A DNA stretch of 64,000 nt, from contig JAIVFI010000019.1 in NCBI GenBank assembly GCA_025558095.1, positions 186,001 through 250,000 on the forward strand, given 5' to 3'. This DNA comes from Hyaloraphidium curvatum SAG 235-1. Lineage: Eukaryota; Fungi; Monoblepharomycota. A program made the position numbers and the translations under genes. This document shows positions 60,601 to 64,000 of the stretch, one piece after another (the stretch's first letter is position 1; the number at the start of each line of letters is the position of its first letter). Under the pieces are notes generated by a model, which saw only the letters and a program-made list of their open reading frames with translations, searched no databases and was not told the origin of the DNA.

Positions 60601-61643
60601 GGAAAGAACGTCGCGGTCTCCGGGAACGCTCGGCACCGCAACAGCGTCGGAAGATGCTCGGAGCTCGTTCGTCGTCCCGGAATCTGGGAACCAAAGATCA
60701 GCGACACGAGCGAAGCAAAAGGGCAGCTGCGTGACGAACCGTTTTCGGTGTCCGACTCGAGGTCGATGACTCCTAGCGGTCCGGACGCGGGAGGTTGTGC
60801 GGTAGGACTCTTCTTTGCCCTCGAGGAGCGTTTCCGTTGCACGGCGGGGGCCGCTCCTCCAGATGCCCGCGTGCGTCGCTTCCTCGGAGATCGCCGCGGA
60901 GGCCGCTCAGAATCGGTGCCGGAGTCCTGCAGGACCGGGCTGGCCTCCTCAATCTCCTCTTCGAGACCGGAAAGGTCGCCCATGCCGGAGGCAGGAGCAC
61001 CCGCAACTTCGTCCTCCGATAATGCTATGACCGGATGCTGCAAGGCGCTGGCTACAGCAGGTTCTTGTAGCTCGGTTTCCGAGGCCGTTGGCGCCGTCGA
61101 CTTGGCAAAGAAGCTCTTGATGTTGCGCTGCGACAGAGGCGGCACTTTGGAAGAAGATTCCTTGTCCGCGGCTCCGTCCGCGTCGTCGCCAGTCCCGGCC
61201 GCTTTCTTCGGCTTCGCCGTCGAAGACCTCCGTCTCGCCGGTTTGGCGCCCGACTTCTTTCCGGCAGGCGCGTCCGAATTGCTCCCCTGCTCATCCTCGT
61301 CCGTCTGCTCCGCCGGCTTCGCCACTTTTCGCGGCCGACGCTTGGGTTTCGCCGAAGCGCCTTCCTCGGTCGCGTCCGGCGGAGGCCTTTCGGGTTCTGG
61401 GGAAGCAGCCCTCTGCGCGGGGGCGACGCCTCCCGCCGACGCGTGCTCCTCGCGACGAGAGCCTCCGAAGTAGCTCGTCAGGTTCCTCTGCGTCGCCGGC
61501 CGCTTTGTCGGCGCCGGCTGCGGCTCCTGGGCGGGCGGTTCGGGCGGTCCGGCGCCTTCGCCGCCGCCGCCGCCCGGTTCCGGCGCGGCGGACGCGGCCG
61601 GCAGAGAGACGGCATCCCCGTCCTCCAATCCCGGCCCCACCAT
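57670..61643 (-). CDS. ELG1: Elg1/ATAD5 RFC-like PCNA unloader (AAA+)
   Basis: LWVDRYKP, GPCGSGKT, FDNVDIVYEEDKGFW, TKRPIVLTAN. Confidence 0.85.
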
Positions 61644-62379
61644 TGTGATCTCGCGCCCCTCACGCCTTTGCCATTCGGCTCCGTTGGGACGGCCGTCGCG
61701 GCGCTGGCGCACAGCGCGGCTCGCATCCAATTTCGATCACTCCGGCGACGAAACAAAAGCTTGGATGCGCTCGAGCAAACGCTATCGCCCAGTGTACGCC
61801 CTTGTTTCAAGATCATCACGCGTCTACTTTCGTCTGGAGCGGCTCCATCGCCTCGGCCCGTGCCCTGCGCGCCCCGTGGCGCGTCGTCCCCGTTTGGCCT
61901 CCAGAGACTTCACAAGATTGAAAGATGCCCGTTCTTTTAAGCAAGTTCACTTATCTCCCAAGGCGGTATGCTCCATAGCCTCTGGGTCATTCAGGCTTGC
62001 GAGATTGTGTCTGCGACCGCGTGTTGCGCTGGCTCGCATGTGCGTTCGCCATCGAGGGGGCCGGCGGTCCGTCGCGGGACCGGAAGTAGCACCTTCTTCC
62101 GGCGTCTCTTGGCCGTACGCAAGACGTTTATCTTTTGCACGCGTTCTCGAGGGCGGTTCTGGCCTTTGCTTTCAGTTGAAAGTCATCCCTCGGGATGGGC
62201 ATCCGAACCCTCTCCATAGGGGCGCGTGTCATATTTGGCGTCGAGATCCAAAAAGGGAGCACTTTTGCTGGTCGAGATAATCTCTCTCTACTGGCTCTTT
62301 CCCGTTCCCTACATCGCTACGCGCTCGTCCTGTATGTGACTTCAATGGAATATAAACCACACGCCTTTTCGAATCAAAG

Positions 62380-62960
62380 CTACTCGATTTTGTGATCGTA
62401 CGTGATCCACATCGTCCGAGTTGCAACCTTGTCATACATCCCTCGTGCGCGGTAGCTGGGGAGTGGGAAGGTTGGGCATTGCTTCCGCCGACTTTGCAGC
62501 GCACCTACTTGTTGTCAGCCGTGATCCACCGGATCACGGACCAGCCCTTCTCCTTGCCGATCGCAGCCACGGCCTCGATGAGCTTCTGTCCGACGCCGCC
62601 CGCGCGCTGTGCGGGGTCCACGAACAGATCGTCAAGAAAGCCGCCCGTAGTCGCAGACAGGGGCCTCGAGAAGGGCCTATAATGGGCCAGTCCGATCGGG
62701 ACGCCCGCCTCGTCTAGAGCAAGGAGCCCCTTGACCTCGTGGGCTGGATCTTGAATCCAGCCCCAGACGCGCTCCCGCATCTCCGGTGTCTGAGCGACTT
62801 TGTAGAACTCCGCGTACCCTGCGAGCATAAGGGCATCGCGATGAGTAAGACTTCTTGCTTCTACAAGTGGAACAAATCGTTTCCCACCCGCGTACAGCTT
62901 GGACCACGCCGCGAAGTGCTCCGCTGTTGCTGGCACGATCTTGACGGTCACGGCAGCCAT
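62380..62960 (-). CDS. GNAT N-acetyltransferase, 3 exons
   Basis: GFLDDLFVDPAQRAGGVG, RWITADN(intron)..ARSLYDKVA. Confidence 0.9.
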
Positions 62961-63322
62961 CGCGCTTCCAGATATCCCGCGACGGTTCTAGATCGAGCAA
63001 AACAACTAGACGTAGGTAGACGTCGGCTCAAAAACTGCCAGCTACGTGGATTCAAGTGGGCAAACGGCGGCGCGTGCTTCCGCTGCTGATGCATGTGGGG
63101 CCCCGCGTCCCAACTGTTTCACCACACACACTAGCGGCCCACTGCGGCCAGCGAGCCGCGCGGCGCTCTGCTGAGCTCCTCGCAGCCAAAAGCTCGGCGA
63201 CTGCGGTAGCCGCGGCCCCAGCCGGGTCGCCGTGCTCGCCGAGCGCCGAGATACGCACTCGCGCGACTGTCGACCCCGCGCTGCCCCGTGGATTGCCGGC
63301 CGCCTGAGAAGCGCACGGCCCC

Positions 63323-64000
63323 ATGCTCACCGTCGAGGAGGGTGTCGACATGAACGACGAGCCGGTGCGCGCGCGGCCAGCGCGGAAGCGCAAGGGCGTG
63401 GCACGGCTCGAGACGCCCGCCGACGACGACGAGGACGTGGAGATGGCTTCGCCGGTCGAAGACGACCGCCGCGATGAGCAGGAGGACGACGATGAAGCCG
63501 ACGACATCGAGGAGGTGGGATCTGTCGCCTTTTGTATCTCGGGAACTCCGCTCACGCGTCCGCTGGCGGTCCGCCGGTCGGCCCATTAGGAGCGGCCCCG
63601 GAAGCGCTTGAGGAAGAGCGGAGCTGTGCGGAAGCTCGAACCCACGCCGGAAGAGTCGGACCCCGTGACCGATGGCGGCGAATCGGAGGACGAGGAGGGC
63701 GGTGGCCCGTCCCAGGGCGCGAAACCGCGGGCTCCGCGGGCAAAGCGTGATGGGGGAAAGAAGCTTTCCAAGCCTTTGGTTGGTGTCTCATTTGCTTGTG
63801 CTTTACTTCCGGAGCTCTGCTCACTACTCTCCATCAGTCTGCGGGTGCCGCGGGCACCATTGGGCGCATTCAGCTCTACAACATCATGTGCCACCGCAAC
63901 CTGGAGGTCGATTTCATCGACAAGGTCAACTTCGTGACTGGGCAAAACGGAAGTGGGTGTTCAAATTCGCGTACCGATCGCGATCTCACGGTCTGGCGCG
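63323..64000 (+). CDS. SMC6: SMC6, 5' part (3'-partial)
   Basis: Acidic N-terminus, then GAIGRIQLYNIMCHRNLEVDFIDKVNFVTGQNGS (Walker A; N.MCH is typical of Smc6). Confidence 0.8.

Noticed and set aside
1-64000. tRNA or rRNA genes
   Set aside because: None recognised by eye; tRNAscan-SE or Infernal would be needed to exclude them.

Overview
GC-rich, intron-rich eukaryotic DNA with ~50-60 nt GT-AG and some GC-AG introns. It carries fungal hallmarks (Zn2Cys6 transcription factor, Axl2-like protein); an early-diverging zoosporic fungus such as a Monoblepharidomycete is my inference. The right third is ordinary core sequence (mitochondrial carrier, Zn2Cys6 TF, FMO, MOT1, ELG1, GNAT, SMC6). The left and middle are accessory and rearranged. 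The main discovery is a heavily spliced gene at ~19.3-24.1 kb (+) that the ORF track misses. Spliced by hand, it encodes an N-terminal XPG/FEN1 (PIN-like) nuclease domain followed by a Fanzor/TnpB-type RuvC module with an intact D-E-D triad. Directly downstream lie stems with G-U pairs, a candidate omega-RNA. It is divergently transcribed from a tandem-bromodomain gene and lies near a C2H2/coiled-coil/chromodomain gene and a histone H3-like fragment. The window also contains several abrupt junctions between truncated genes, a 4.3 kb insertion splitting a 3-hydroxyisobutyrate dehydrogenase gene and ending in a ~0.3 kb bacterial fragment, an MDR-SDR dehydrogenase fusion, and an intronless bacterial-type patatin. 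All calls come from manual motif reading; no database searches were run, and exon boundaries are approximate unless stated.
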